Shown: positions 1-15,386 of the stretch, piece by piece
Layout: each line of letters starts with the position of its first letter
Position numbering within the stretch: position 1 is the first letter of the stretch
Assembly (NCBI RefSeq): GCF_026571515.1
Contig: NW_026858506.1
Location: 62,001 to 126,000 of the forward strand
DNA length: 64,000 nucleotides
Direction: 5' to 3'
Source: Ruditapes philippinarum
Taxonomy: Eukaryota
Notes under the pieces: model-generated
Databases searched by the model: none
The model's input: only the letters and a program-made list of their open reading frames with translations
Told to the model about the DNA's origin: nothing
Translations under genes and position numbers: made by a program

Positions 1-3000
1 TAAAAAAAGAAGTAATTACAAATGCATTTCTTATGTTGTTATTTTTCAACATTTTTGAGGTTAATAGCAAATTAATTCAAATTTTGGTAAATAACTTGTT
101 TTTGTGCATACATTAAATTTCATGCATTTTAAGTAGTTTTTCTCATTGTTTCTTAAGTCAAGTGGCTCTTTACTGTCAAGGTTTTGTTTTTCTGCTGATG
201 TTTTGAAGAGATGAAACAAAAATCACAAACAATATAGATAGAACTGATAAGAGACTTCTGAAAATAAAATGACATATTTATAACAATTAAGAAAACCCCG
301 AATGACCTGCATAGAAGTAGTCAAAACGTAATAAATGCTCCATTAAGATCTATTTGAGGTTTGGCGGGAAAATAAAAGTGACATAATGTGATGATATGAA
401 TGACAGCGAGGTTTAGGCATCTTGACAGCTCTTATTATAAACTGCATGCTGAAACAACTGTACAAATGACCTTGGGGGGTCAAAGCACATGTAGATCGTG
501 TACACTTGTGTAACTTTGTGCTCATACACGCAGAAATGTGTACCTGACAAAGAATAAAAGTGAAACAACTGTCACTGAGCGTTACCAAAAATAGTAACAT
601 TAGCAAATGAGGCACAACCTCTGTTTCTCCATCATAAATCAGATTGTCCAATACATGAAAGAATTTCAGCAGCCATTTGCAAAGGGTTAATTAGTACAGC
701 TACTCAATTATGCTGCAATCTGACAACCTTGCTAAAAATGGCCATTCAAATGTAATCCTTCATAGTGAAAAAACTGGGCCAATCATAATATATGTAATGT
801 ATCATATTAGCACTTCATTTTTAAGTACAATAATAATGCAGCATGTGTATTTTGATTACTACTTAATTTAGTATAAAAATTATATACTTTAGTAGATTTT
901 CACATTTTTGTTTTCATTTTAAGTACCGCCGCACCAAAAAGATGTCAACATCAGCAAAACAACACATAATTCAATCACCGTGAAATAAAGGAACGTTAAA
1001 ATGAACAAATTTTTCTTTAGAAATTTTGAGCGCCACTTAAGGTCAATCACCGTCCTTTTGTGAGAACTGACTTGTGGCCCCGCTGGTTTGAAATCGGAGA
1101 TAAAGTCCCTGTTTAGAAAATCATTGACAGTATAATAGCCTGAATGGCTAATAATTTAAACATATTTCACTAAAATATGATTGGACAATTATATCTGTAC
1201 CGTAATTTTCATATGATACCCGCAAATTAAAGGGATCACTGACCTTTCGTGTGTCAAGTTTCATTTTTTTTAAAACAGAACCACCGATCATCTACGTTAC
1301 TTGGGACATAATAATTATATCAGAGACTGAAATCTTCATGAATGTAAAATTACCATTCACTATTATATTTCCTACACCGTTTCAACTTTTTTCGGTCCGA
1401 AAACTAATCCCATGAAATTAAGTGATATGTTAATTATATTCAAGGTTTGCCTTTAATCATATAAGTGCCTCTTTTACAATTTATAAATGAAATACACAAA
1501 ATTGATATTATTACTGTAAAATTAAACAAAATTATAGGAATATCACATTTTACTTTGGACCGATTTCTTTTACATACTTTGGCTATAAATAAGTCAATCA
1601 TGACATTTAAAACCATCTGATTTCATTCATAAGTATTTCAATCAAGCTTATTTCTTGTAAATAATAAGAAAAAATATATTGTAATTTCAAAAGAATATTT
1701 CGGCAAACTGTCGTCTGCTCAAAATTCATTTTCACCAAATTTGCAAAATCTTATCCAATATTACCTTTACTCCAGACTATATTGTTCTTCAATATCCATG
1801 GAGTTTTTATTTTCATTTTATCTATATAGAACTATACAAATTTTTGAAAGAAAAGTAAATTCACGATGAATAAATGCACAAAATAAAATGCCCCTCGTAA
1901 AAAGAAACGAGTCAATGCAATTGTCTTATGATTTTATCAGGTGTCATCAGTAAATCGTTCAGATGGAAATCAGGCTATTCAATCTACAAAACTCGAGACT
2001 GTGTAAGGACACAATAGATTTTAATTACTCGTAACATATAGACATAATATTACATAGACCCCAGACTAAATTAACACCTGACAACCTAAATTTTACACTT
2101 AATTTGACCTCAGCCAATTGCTTCAAGTTACTTCATTTTCCTGTCATGACATGTAAGTACAGTTGGAAAGTTTAGCCTCAATTTTAAAATGAAACTTTTT
2201 TTATATAATGTAATCTAACCACAGAGTTGAAATTGGCTCTAAACTTTAAGTTGCATTACTAACAAGATCGTGACTGCAAATTTAATCAAAATATACAATT
2301 AAGATGCTCTTATATTTCTACTCTGCTAAAAGAATTTTCATTCGAATATTTTTAGATATTTTGCAGAAACTTTAAAAACAATCTTAAAAAAAATTGTTTT
2401 TTAACAAATATAACTTGTACAAAAATTTCTTTTTACGTCACAACAATATGGCTGCCTTAGTAATTACAGGTACCTTATAGAAGAAATAGGCTGGGAAAAA
2501 AATGAGATACCAAATGTTTTGTTTCGCAGTTCTGAAGAGATATAAGATTTTTATCAAACTTCACAGAACATGTTCACTGCATTTCTTACGCAAAATCTGT
2601 TGACAGGTGCGCATCTGGAGGACGAAAAATGTACGACAACTAACGATTTTATTACAGTTTTACAACAATAGTAAATTAACCCTTCAGGATATACTATTTC
2701 TTGTAACTTTAGACATCTGCTGTGCTTCAACCTCATCAAAATAATTATTTATTCAATTTTTTTTCTCTCCAGGCTAGAGCTGTCAAGGTGACATAGGGTT
2801 GTCAGGACACCGTTTTCTAAAAATTGAAATAATTATTTCTAATTATATTTTTGTAACATGACGTAAAGAACGAAATTTGATAACATCATTAAGTTAAACG
2901 TAAATTTACTCAAAAGCAAGTAAGCAGAGGATGTTAGAGAATTTTTGCACTTGTGTTACAAACAGTTTTTCTTCGCCAATTTTAAACGTTTTGTTGAATT

Positions 3001-5153
3001 TATTAAAGTTTTAAGCGTAGGTACGCCTAACTTCCTCTTGTCAAATGACGATTAAGTTTTAAAACTCGTAATAATTTTATGAAAATGGTTTGCCTTAGGT
3101 GACAAATAGTTGAATGATTACTCCTACAGTTAAACTTTTTGTACAAATAATGTTACGGTTTATAAATGAATGTTATGAATAATGACCATTTAATTTAAGA
3201 AGTCCAAAGAATGTACCTTTAACATAGTTTTAACGACAAGCTGGACAAATATTTGTTTGACCGTTAAAATTAATATTTGTTTACGTTACTGAACTATTGA
3301 TGTTCTAATGTAATATATATAAAGCATTGATGACTTCAAAGCATAGAGCACAATTACAAAAAGAATATTTTTCGGTGCTAGTAAAAGAAACGAGAAATTA
3401 CATTTATACAATCAAATAACTGTATATCCCCCTTCGTTATTTTGCAAAACAACATGCAAAGATATATTAAGAAACGCTCATTTACCGCATATATTTTACT
3501 GTCGCAACTGTAATTAATTGCGAGGAATTTCATGCGTTTACGATTTCAGTGATTTATGACGCTCCATTATCACACACGGATAAACCCACCGAAAGCGGTT
3601 ACGCATGCAGCAAAAATATTTTACGCAAAAACAAAGTCTTAAAATGCACAAAAATGCACTACATCAGTAACAACCAAATATGCATTAGTTTCAAAAGTCA
3701 TTAATAATTATAGTAGCTCATGTACATAGAATAGCCACACACAAAAGGAAGTATGGCTGAATAAGTATACTATATAAACTGCATTCTTTCCTGTCTCGAT
3801 CTTTTCATGCAAAAAAATGTAATTAAACTACACATGTTATTGTTCAGTTAATATGTATGTTTCGTGTTTTCTGTCGTAATTTTTTAGTAATTAGTCATGG
3901 TGATATTTATCCGATCTAAAATATATAACAAGTATATATTTAAAAAAAAAACTGAATGGTGAAACTTTTCCCTAGCCTTAATATTTATAATAACAGCTAT
4001 AACAATCAAGTTTTGGGTGTTTTTATTAACAAGATTGAACAAAAAATATTGTTTTATCATATAACATCTGCATGTCATTTTTCCTTCAGATAGCAAAAAA
4101 ATAATATATGGACATTAATGCATCTGACTACCTTATTTTGGTTATTCGTGTATCCAAATCTAGACCTTAGCTTAAAATAGCAAAAAAATATCGCTTGATT
4201 ATGTCGTAAACATATTACAGTTAGTTACAGAATCATAATCTTCTACACTCGGCTAAAACCAGTAAAAACTGACCAAAAACAGTCTTGTTTTGACTGGAAA
4301 GCGAATTAAGGATTGTTATTTTATTATAGTCTTAGCACCTGGATTTCAAGTTTGTGCAACTAAGTCGAAAAACAGACTATTGTCCACTGCAATACATTAC
4401 AATATATGATATAAGTGGAGAATTTCACAAGGCAAAGTGAAATGTATAGTACAAAAGGTGGTTAAGTACTAAGAGGAGACAATAAAAGACCAGCCCAGCC
4501 AGTTCTCACACCTCTGACCCCAAATAAAGGTCATAACGGAATGCACTTGTGACAAACAAGTTTCATCACGACTGTTTAAATAGAAGTTATCATTTTAGCA
4601 CAATCATTAGCTTTCTCAATAACACATTATCACCTTCAAACACTTTGACATCTTATTATTAAACTATTGCTCTTTAGCACAATAGAAAACTATGCATAGC
4701 AAATGACCGGTTCTTTGTCCGACCTGTTTCAAAATATGCATACAATCTATGGTCTAAATTAATAACATCCCAGGAGTAGAATCCTTCGTCAATATACAAT
4801 TATAGTCACTGATATACCAATATCTAGGTTGACAAAATAAATACCATATTCCATTAGTCTTAGGTCAAAGTATCATTCGGTCAATGGTTGTTCAATATCT
4901 GAAGTATATACCATTTATCAGGAAATTCAAGTGTTAAAAGCCCAAAATAAATTCAAACTTTGTAGGCTTGTTTATCAGTGACTTTATCAACAAATTTGCA
5001 GCAGTTTGAAGGCTAGCTATTGAAATATCTGTGAATTTACAGTGGAGGGACTTTGGAGCAGATTCAAGCGCAACAGCAATGTTGAACCACAATGACGACT
5101 ACTTTGAAAAACGGAAAACGACGCTGAAAAAATAACTTTGTATCATTACTCAC

Positions 5154-5327
5154 CGAGACTGTGTCTTTTCTGCGACTTTTTGTGTTTGAGAAAGAATTCG
5201 TATTTTCGGTTGTTGGCCTGCATCTCTTTAATGATGCGTTCAATCTCCAGCTCGGTCAAGTTGTCTTCGGTCCTTTTCCCAAAGTCTCTGATCTGATTCA
5301 ACTTGATTGCGTAAGGCAACTCGTGGC
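5154..5327 (-). CDS. ARHGAP20: Coding exon, 174 nt: (G)HELPYAIKLNQIRDFGKRTEDNLTELEIERIIKEMQANNRKYEFFLKHKKSQKRHSL (end of RA domain)
   Basis: Acceptor tgttttctttcAG, donor G|GTGAGT, phase 1 to 1. GHELPYAIK continues the EAPYPL motif across a 10-kb intron. Confidence 0.95.
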
Positions 5328-8300
5328 CTGAAAGAAAACAATAAATAGCTAATTGAAATTTGATACACTTTCATCATAGCTGGCAATTCTTGCGAATACT
5401 AATTTATATTTCGTAATGTCTTACAACCAATTTTGTTCAAATTAAAACAGGAGAAATTCATTTTCAGACATACAAGATAAAACTGTCATTATAATTAAAT
5501 CTATTAAGGGCATTTCTGTAATTTATTTCCTAATTTGCACATGTTTTAAGTTTATTTCTGGTAATTTAATTAGTGTCAAACAAACATTATTAATCGCAAT
5601 TAGAGGGCAAAAGTCAATGAAGAGAGAATGAAAATTTTAATTGTTACTATTATTTAAACTACTATTATTAAATCATATAGGCATCTTGCTATTTCCATTA
5701 ATATTAGATATATTATTAGATTTTTGCTTTTTTTAGCATCTTTTTATCTTGATGTACTTTAAATAGGATTATAATTTTTTTACACTATCTTTTAATCTTT
5801 TATATAAACGCTACATTTTTGTTTTTCATAATCTCAAGTTATGCAGTATTTTAAGCTGCGTTAAAATAGGATCAGTTTTTGACATCTGAGTACAAGTTGA
5901 ACAAATAAGAACTCAAAGTGTTACTCTTCAACAACAACTAAAACAATAAGATAAAGAATTTTAAGACATAGTCATAAAATTGTTAAGGGGCCCATAATCA
6001 TCAAAACATGGAGTTAGTCATCACCTGACTGCTATTTTGACTAATACTATATTTTATCTGATAACATGGATAACAAAAGCTACGTGGAATTTACATGTCT
6101 AGCGCATAGGTTTTAAACAATTAGTTCCTAAATAGGGGTAGAAAAACACAAATTTACAATTTCACAGTTCAATGAATTTTAAAAGTAATTGTAAAAATTT
6201 TGAGAATAGATAAACAATACATCATAATTGCCCGCTAACGTTTTCAATTTTTAGTCCAAATTTCATATTCTGTCAAGCAAACTACAAACTTTTTAATAAA
6301 CTTGCAACATTTTTCAATTTAAAATCAAAGTTTACAAAAGCATTTAATAATTATATTTTTTGTAATGACCCATTGATATATATACCTAATATTTTCTTTT
6401 TATATAATGTCCTTATTAAACAGTATTTAAGTGTTGTTTTTTTACTTTTGCAATTGAATTAAAGTTAATTCAATTAAAATTATTATATAATAATCATCAA
6501 ATTCAATTGAAAACTAATTTAATAAATTACAAATTCAATTTACCTTGTGTTGTTTGTACATCCAACAGCATTTTTGTATATTTTTATATCAATTTGAAAT
6601 AACACACAAAAATTTAATCCAGATTTATAAATATGTCAATATTTTGTGAAATTAAATAATATTATATTTAATCACAAATTTATCCATTTTAAAACAAACT
6701 GTTTCAATTTTTACTATTAAATACATCCACATAGGACATTAACAACTTATTGATGTAAACACGTTTACTAACTGGAGTAGTTCACAGGTAAGTAGTAAAA
6801 TTCTCATTGTGTCACATGACAGCTTGACAGGCTTATCTCGACCAATCAGAGCACGTTACTTTAAATAAACCACTAATGATCAGAGCTGTCCAATTTAAAG
6901 AGATGAAGTATACAGATATACTTGTGTTAAAAGAGTTTTGCATTTAAATTGAATGAAACTAAGTTTATCAAAACGTGTGACCTTTTCAAAAATTAAAGTA
7001 AAATTGTTTTTTTATAACAAAATATATATATTTAAAGATGTACACTGAAGATTTTTATCAAAACATATATCGGGGCAATTTTCTTGTAAAGGGTGGGGAT
7101 AAAGATATTTGTACTTTTGAAAAGAATTAAAACTGCTTAAGATCTTGTCAAAAGAATTGCGCAAACATAATTATAGATAGTAGGTGGGTTAAGAAACAAT
7201 ATTTTTGCAATTTGAAAGGAAATATTTTAAAACAACCTTGAAAATATTTTTCCCTCAAGAAAAAAAAGAAAAGAAAAGATTGATATATATTATCTTTATC
7301 TCATACCACACAGATAAAATACTTTGGCTATGACTAATCATTGTGCACTCCATTACAATTATTACGTAAAGTTTCCATTTATTTTAATGATCCAAATTAT
7401 TAAATTTCAATGCCATATTTTGAAAAGAAGCGTTTAATTTTTTTATAAAGGATAAGTCTATAAATAAGACGGCATGCACCAGATATTGCCTTATAAGGTA
7501 ATTACTTGTCAAATTTCATAAAGCAAAATTAAATATTCTAATCTTAAAAATATTAATAACATAATGTAATTAAATCTGTCTCGAAATATTTTATATATCT
7601 ATCAATAAGCATTCACTAGGAATGAGGAGAAGTTGGACCAGGTTAAGTGGAGAAAAGAAAATTTAGAAAGTTTACAGAAATCCGGGATTATTCCATTGTG
7701 TATATGCAATCCTCTTGACATACTTCATCTTAATCAAAACAAGCATCTAACCTTGAATAACTTCATGATTATGTAACAAATATTTAAAAACTTCGACATT
7801 TTTTTTCATTAAGAATAATCGTGGGAAAAAGAACAATTGAGACTTTTCCTGCTATTCATATAATGAATGTATAAGAACCTCTCGACATTTTGGGACCAAT
7901 TTGTAAGTTTATTGTAAATTTGCTGGAGACAATAAAAGTATATCTACTACAATACAAGACGGACACCACCTTCTTGAAGTACTTCTGACACCAAACTGTG
8001 TTCTATTTTTAGAAGACTCTTTATTATGCCATTAAAAATACTATCCAGCTAGCTTTGATGTTTTCTCTTTATTTTGCAATTTTTCAATTTTACAACAGTA
8101 GCATTGCCTGTATTTTTCGAGGGTCTAAAAATTCAGTAAAAAGAAATAAAATAAAATAGCAAACTAACACAAGAATTCTGCAAATTTTTTAAAGACCAAA
8201 GCTAAAAAATGGCTGACCCTTTGTGAACCTTTCAACAATTTACCATATTTAAAGTCTTCAAGTAGTTTTATTACTAGGGGCATTGCAGTTTAACAGAGAC

Positions 8301-11267
8301 AACAACTTATTTATTGACTTTTAATATTTTACAGAAAAATCGTCACTACCATGCAAAAACGTACAGTCAAGTGATTTTGAATAAAATATCTAAATAAATA
8401 AACAAGTTATCAACCTATGTTACGTCAATATCACATATTCATAATCAGATTACTGACTACGATTTCATCAGGTGTCATGTCTTTCTCCTGTATAAACAGC
8501 AAAAATTGTTTTGTCCCCTTAAAAGTTTAAAGACCTACTTAAAACATGCTATGAGAACACAAGTGTGCATTGTCCAAATGGGTTAAATCTTACTGACCAG
8601 TGGCCAAAACAACATTTTTGAGGTACTAATCCATAAGTTGTTTTTCAATAGGAGAGGTCCGTAATCTTCTTAAAGTTTTCATTCACCATAGGCTGTTTTT
8701 TTCTGTGACCTAATTCTATTCAGATATTACAATGAATTAGGACTCTCTTCTCTTGTTTTTATTTCTGGCATTCCCCACACCTTGATCTTGATTGTATAAT
8801 GATTTTGACCTTTAAACATGAAAACACAATGTTTTTGAAGGAAGTCAGACCAACAACTTAATTATTTACATTATAACTGAAGCCACTTAAAGTTTCTGGT
8901 TGGGCTTACCATTACTTTGCAATACATTTTTCCCTTAAAGAGTTTCTTTGGAGCCTTGCAAAGGTATCTTTGCATATTTCATAAAAGTGGTTTTTGCTGT
9001 CATTTTGATGCTTGGCACAATGGTTCTTTCTGAAGCCAATTGCAACATACTAGAGGGACCAATAATATCACTGTGATACTCTCATAAAACTGACCTTTAT
9101 TTAAAATGTAAACTCAAATCTGTTGACCTCTTCACCCTTTTTCACACAGGCAGGAAAATATTTTAAGAACCCATTCATAAACCTAATTTATGAGGTAAGG
9201 ATATTTTAGCTCCAGTTTTGTTGTCCCAATAAGGAGTGTATTCTCAAGTATATCATTATGTAAATTATGGGAAAATATGAAGTTTGGTTGTAAAGGTGAT
9301 TAGAATACAAGAGGACCACGTCGCCGGACACTAGAAAACCTTAGTGAAACAAATATTCCAGCAGGAATAAAATCATGTGTGACATACATTATAAACATGA
9401 TTTATCAATTATCATGAAAATTCATGATTTACTTTGACGTCATCGCAAATAATAATTGCTTTTTTCTTTTCAGTTAAAGGTAAAACGTGTCAGATAAATT
9501 TGTCACTGTAAGATGGGTTTGATAGGGTCACAAATCAATTGGATTTCCAGGTATAAAATAAGGATGTCACAATATCCGTTGGATTTTCAACCATAACTTA
9601 AGGATGAAGACCTACCAGTATCTTAAATAATAATATGACCTATTCTGTCTTGGTGCATCATAAAACCAAACAAACAGACCTAACTTATAAGCAATTTTTC
9701 ACTTTTTTGTAAGCAATATCTCATTTTTCAGTAGCTTAATTCATAAGCAAAATTTCACTATCTTATAAGAAGTATCTTACGAAATGTTAATAAAACAATA
9801 TCATGCCTACTAAGGCATTTTCTTACATACTATTGCGAGAACTTTAACAATGGATTTGGGATTATAAATATCTTTAGATTAAAATCATGCAAATATTAGA
9901 TTATCCATAATCCTTTAATCCTTCAAAAAAGAATATATCACAACAAAAACAAAGCCTGTGAAATTCTCGCAGAAATTTTCAAATAATTTTTTTTTTTCAC
10001 AACATTAAATGGATTTGTTACTATAAGGACAAAAGTCCAAATTAAGAGACTTAAACCTCAATATGGCAGAATATTCAGGAAAGGACAATATCCAATATAC
10101 TGATCTATATGACTATTGTCCATTTATTGAGCAATTTTTAATCTTAACCCCATTGGAAGCAAAAGAGATTATCCTTTGCCACCAGGATAAAGCCTGAGGC
10201 AAGCCTGCATGTTCATGGAGTCAGACCAGGCTTTATATTGACGTCTGACCAACTCTGCAAACTTTCATCTTGATATCCCTAAAACTGATAATGGACTGTT
10301 GAAAAAATGGAAGCTGGACAAGTCCATTTAATAAAGAATTTTGACAGATTAAGGGTATCAAAAAGAGACTGCTTGGTAAAGAGATGTTTGAGTTCAAACA
10401 GTGTGACACAGGGGTCAACAAGTACATTCTGTGACTGTCTGCAGGCTGTTGCTATCAAGTGTAAACAAATATCGTAAATATTGCGGTCCGTCTGATCGGT
10501 AACTATCAGAAGCTCACATGGTCATTGTTATATTGTCCATTATTTACTCAATGATATTACGTATTGTATCACAGTATCCAATACTTGATTATTATATTAT
10601 GTCTGACAAGAAAGTGTAAATAAATCGCGATATGAAAGGGAGAATATTGTAAAATAATCAATAAATAAATTTTTATCTTTATTTTTCAATAGGTTATGTC
10701 ATATTTGTTTGATCTATACTACATTGTTTATAATAATACAACATTTTGATGCGCACTTTATTATATTGAACATTCACACGATTACAGAAAGATAGATACA
10801 GTAATGTAGTATGATGGATTCAATTTTTTCTAACATTCAAAAGATTTGATATTTATTTTCTATTTTTCAATAATAAAAAAGCTTTTTTTGTGTTTGAATG
10901 TAAGAGAATTCTTTGTCAACAATTATCAAATGAAAATTTAAGATCCCCGCACCCTCTCCATAAAAAAAAATAAATAGAAATTAGAAGACATCTACGTTAA
11001 AGCTTAGATAAAACTGCCCATTGGTTGCTAGGAAATGTCATATATTGCAATCAGTAAATCAGCTTAAAATATTTTGGGCTAATCGGTCCAACAAAAAGCG
11101 GGGTTCCGCTCTGATAAGATGAAGGCCAAAGAAGTGTTAAAGATGCTATAATGGTCTTTTCAACTTTAATCATTATTACTGATAGGGCTTACAATACCAT
11201 CGTTTATTTAAATACTTAATTCCCACTGTCAGAATTTCACAGTTTTGAAAATGGTCATCTCTAAGAA

Positions 11268-11457
11268 AAGCATGCCAGTAATCAAGCTTCTTTTTGATTG
11301 TGATTTTTAAATTGAAATAAGCCATGCCAGTGATCAAGCTTTCCTTTGATACTGACTTTGTAATTAATATTAAGCAAGCCAGTAATCAAGCTTTCTTTTG
11401 ATACTGATTTTGTAATTAATATTAAGCAAGCCAGTAATCAAGCCTCCTTATGATACC
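11268..11457. repeat. Minisatellite, 52-bp unit, about 3.6 copies
   Basis: gccagt(a/g)atcaagc at 11274, 11326, 11378 and 11430. Confidence 0.9.
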
Positions 11458-12977
11458 TTTTTTTTTTAAAAGAAATAATCTGATTGGTGATTGGTTGTTG
11501 TTTATTTTAAATAAATTTCAAAATTTTAATGTTTACAAAGTAATTTTTTGTAAATTACATTTTGTACTGAAATGCCTTTGAAAAGCGAAGTTGAAAAAAA
11601 AAATCTAAATTCAATAAAATTAAAATAACTTATCATTTAACACCTAAAAAATGTTGTTATCTTCATTCATAAAGATAACAAAAAAAAAAGAAGAAGAATT
11701 CTATAAGGATTTAGCTGCATTCACATTTTGTGCCCGGGCCTTCAAATATTTTGAATAGTTGTACTGAAATTGGGACAATAAGTTACTGTTCGAGCATAAA
11801 TTCATTTTTGAAATACATTTTTTTCCATTAACAATATCATGAAAACAAACTTCAAGGATGTGTATCAAAGAAAAAATGTAAACAACTTGCCAATCCTCAT
11901 TGTTGTTCATTTTTTCACCTGATTTTCACAATTTATCACAAAAATTTTATTCAAAGCATGGTCAGGCATGATGGATTTTTCTATCTTCATTTATCAAAAA
12001 GTAAGTAAATTGTGTAACAAAAAAAAAATTATTCAGTAATTAAGTTTCTTGCCCATGAAGTTCAAGGTTAAAATCAGTACATTTCCCAACTGTAAACAAA
12101 TATGATTCTTAAAAAGAAGACATATGAGGGGATATCCAAAAGTATGCAGGCTTTTCTTAGAGTTTTAAAATTGCAATGGTTATAGTTACAAATGGAAATA
12201 CACCAGCAGTTTTTTAAATGAATTTTGTTTTGAAAGTCATCTCAGAGCCATATTCTGTCATAGCATCTGTTTTTTGTTTGTTTTTGGTTGGATTCAGTTC
12301 AAACATCAATTTCAACCAATAGAAACTTACTTTACACATCCCTAAAAACTCTAAATCAAGTGATACCTTTTTTTGATTTGCATATTATGTAACATTTACA
12401 CTGCAAAACATTTTTTTGTTATTCCATAAAACCTTGATACTATGACCTCTGTAAAGTTCATTGCATATTTAAACTTTACAACTTTTACATAAAAAATGCT
12501 GAAAATGTCACTAAATGGATAAATCATCATAAAATGCTAGCATTTATAGTTTTGCTGATTTTGTTAACTGCACGAGCGTGGTGATATTTTTTCAACAAAG
12601 CAAACTGCGCAAATAAACAATCGGAAATAATTCTGCACCTATTATCTACAATAAACTTTCACCCCGTAGATAATGGGCGAGAAATCGGTACCAGTTTTTA
12701 CCGTGCACAAATTTTCCCAGGCTTAATTTCGGTGATAACATCGTAAATTGTTACGTTATTAATAATATTATTAACAAAAGGTAAACAAGTTTAAAACATG
12801 ATAAGAGGGCCATAGTTATTATATAGGAAAGGTCATACATTTTGTAATTATCTTATTTTCTGACCTTTTTTACATCAAATTTATAAATAGCCCAAAAAAG
12901 TGTTATCTTAAATCAAATTACATGAATACATTTTTCTATTACAAATAACTTTTAATTTTGCGTGTAAATTTACATAT

Positions 12978-14891
12978 AACAAGATATGTTTGTAAAACAT
13001 GTATGCCCCCTATCTGCAGCCAATTAGTCATGTGATAAGGTTATTATGCATGACTTCTGACCCAGTGATCAAACAATTAATAAGGGTTATCAAGTATCTA
13101 CTGGTCATGACCTTAACCTTTGACCCCTTGACCCATAACTCAATAGGGGTCATCTGCTGGTCACGACCAATCATCATACAAAGTTTGAAGTTCCTAGGCC
13201 TAAGCGTTTTTAGTTAATTGATCGGAAACCGTTTTTACCTACAAGGTCAATGTGACCTTGACCTTTGACCCCTTGACCCAAAATAAATAGGTCATCTGCT
13301 GGTCATGACCAATCACCATACCAAGTTTGAAGTTCCTAGGCCTAAGGGTTCTTTAGTTATTGATCGGAAACCGTTTTAACATACAAGGTCAATGTGACCT
13401 TGACCTTTGACAACAAAATCAATAGGGGTCATCTGCTGGTCATGACCAATCACCATGCCAAGTTTGAAGTTCCTAGGCCGAAGCGTTCTTTAGTTATTGA
13501 TCAGAAACCGTTTTTACTTACAATGTCAATGTGACCTTGACCTTTGACCCCTTGATCCCAAAATCAATAGGGGTAATCTGCTGGTCATGACAAATCACCA
13601 TACCAAGTTTGAAGTTCCTAGGCCTAAGCGTTCTTAAGTTTTTGATCAGAAACCGTTTTTACTTACAAGGTCAATGTGACCTTGACCTTTGACCCCTTGA
13701 CCCAAAACTCAATAGGGGTCATCTGCTGGTCACAACCAATCATCATACAAAGTTTGAAGTTCCTAGGCCTAAGCGTTTTTAGTTAATTGATCGGAAACCA
13801 TTTTTAACTACAAGGTCAATGTGACCTTGACCTTTGACCCCTTGACCCCAAAATCAATAGGTCATCTGCTGGTCATGACCAATCACCATACCAAGTTTGA
13901 AGTTCCTAAGCCTAAGGGTTCTTAAGTTATTGATTGTAAAGCATTTTTACCTACAAGGTCAATGTAACCTTGCCCTTTGACCCCTTAACCCCAATATCAA
14001 TAGGGGTCATCTGCTGGTCATGACCAATCACCATACCAAGTTTGAAGTTCCTAGGCCTAAGGGTTCTTTAGTTATTGATCGGAAACCGTTTTAACCTAAG
14101 AGGTCAATGTGACCTTGACCTTTGACCCCTTGACCCCAAAATCAATAGGGGTCATCTACTGATCATGACCAATCACCATATCAAGTTTGAAGTTCCTAGG
14201 CCTAAGGGTTCTTTCGTTATTGATCGGAAACCGTTTTTACCTACAAGGTCAATGTGACCTTGACCTTTGACCCCTTAACCCAAAATCAATAGGGGTCATC
14301 TGCTGGTCATAACCAATCACCATACCAAGTTTGAAGTTCCTAGGCCTAAGGGTTCTTTTGTTATTGGTCAGAAACCGTTTTTACCCAAGAGGTCAATGTG
14401 ACCTTGACCTTTGACCCCTTGACCCCAAAATCAATAGGGGTCATCTACTGATCATGACCAATCACCATACCAAGTTTGAAGTTCCTAGGCCTTAAGGTTC
14501 TTTAGTTATTGATCGGAAACCGTTTTTGCTTACAAGGTCAATGTGACCTTGACCTTTGACCCCTTGACCCCAAAATCAATAGGGGTCATCTACTGATCAT
14601 GACCAATCACCATACCAAGTTTGAAGTTCCTAGGCCTTAAGGTTCTTTAGTTATTGATCGGAAACCCTTTTGGCTTACAAGGTCAATGTGACCTTGACCT
14701 TTGACCCCTTGACCCCAAAATCAATAGGGGTCATCTACTGGTCATGACCAATCACCATACCAAGTTTGAAGTTCCTAGGCCTAAGGGTTCTTTAGTTATC
14801 ACTCGGAAACCATTTGGTCTACGGACCGACGGACCGACGGACCGACAAGTGCAAAGCAATATACCCCCTTTTCTTCGAAATGGGGGCATAA
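12978..14891 (-). mobile_element. Non-autonomous Helentron/DINE-1-type (HINE, pearl-like) element, copy 1, with about 12 tandem units of ~144 bp
   Basis: Read on the minus strand: subTIR TTATGCCCCC with a nearby inverted repeat (ggggg), a (GTCG/GTCC)n microsatellite, the central tandem array, the complementary subTIR GGGGGCATA, a short stem-loop (atgttttacaaacat), then cttgtt into an A/T site. No TSD. This is the DINE-1/HINE layout. Confidence 0.88.
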
Positions 14892-15386
14892 TTAATCAAT
14901 ATTAAGCAATTGGTTCATCTCCGACATTGTTTTCATTCAGAAATAAAGTTTGGGTGCATACATTCTGGATATTTCCTTACAAATGATAGAAGAGTTTTGT
15001 CCAGTCTGAAATATGGACAAAGCCCCGAGAAATCTAACCTGGTAATAAACTTTTTCCGATTCATGCCTATGAGAAATCCATGCACCAACATAATTAAGTT
15101 CATATGGGGAAATCAGTATCAGAAAAGATGATTTTGGCTTACCTCGAGTGTTACAAACTTAAAGCAACACCAGTGGTCAAAACCACCTCACCTGCTGAAG
15201 CAAAGAGATACACAGATTCCAGAAATTTAAACCCATTAAGTCGCCTCTAACGATAAAGCAGGGATAAACGTTGACTGCAATTCTGATGCCTCAACCTTTT
15301 GAGGTAACCCTCTCAAATGTCACCTAACAAGATGTTAGAATAAAAAAGATCTCTGTCAGTTTTTCTATGTAACAAAATAAACTTAC

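Noticed and set aside
343-651. 102-aa ORF and a good minus-strand acceptor at 544 as the next ARHGAP20 exon
   Set aside because: The phase-1 reading (GTHFCVYEHKV...) has no resemblance to the expected linker or RhoGAP sequence, and no strong donor occurs before a stop.
5041-5123. Exon-like segment just downstream of exon 5154
   Set aside because: It would need an intron of about 30 nt, the donor is weak and the peptide is unrecognisable.
13100-14800. Regular repeat array as a possible CRISPR
   Set aside because: The units are contiguous ~144-bp monomers with no unique spacers, there are no cas genes, and the context is a eukaryotic intron.
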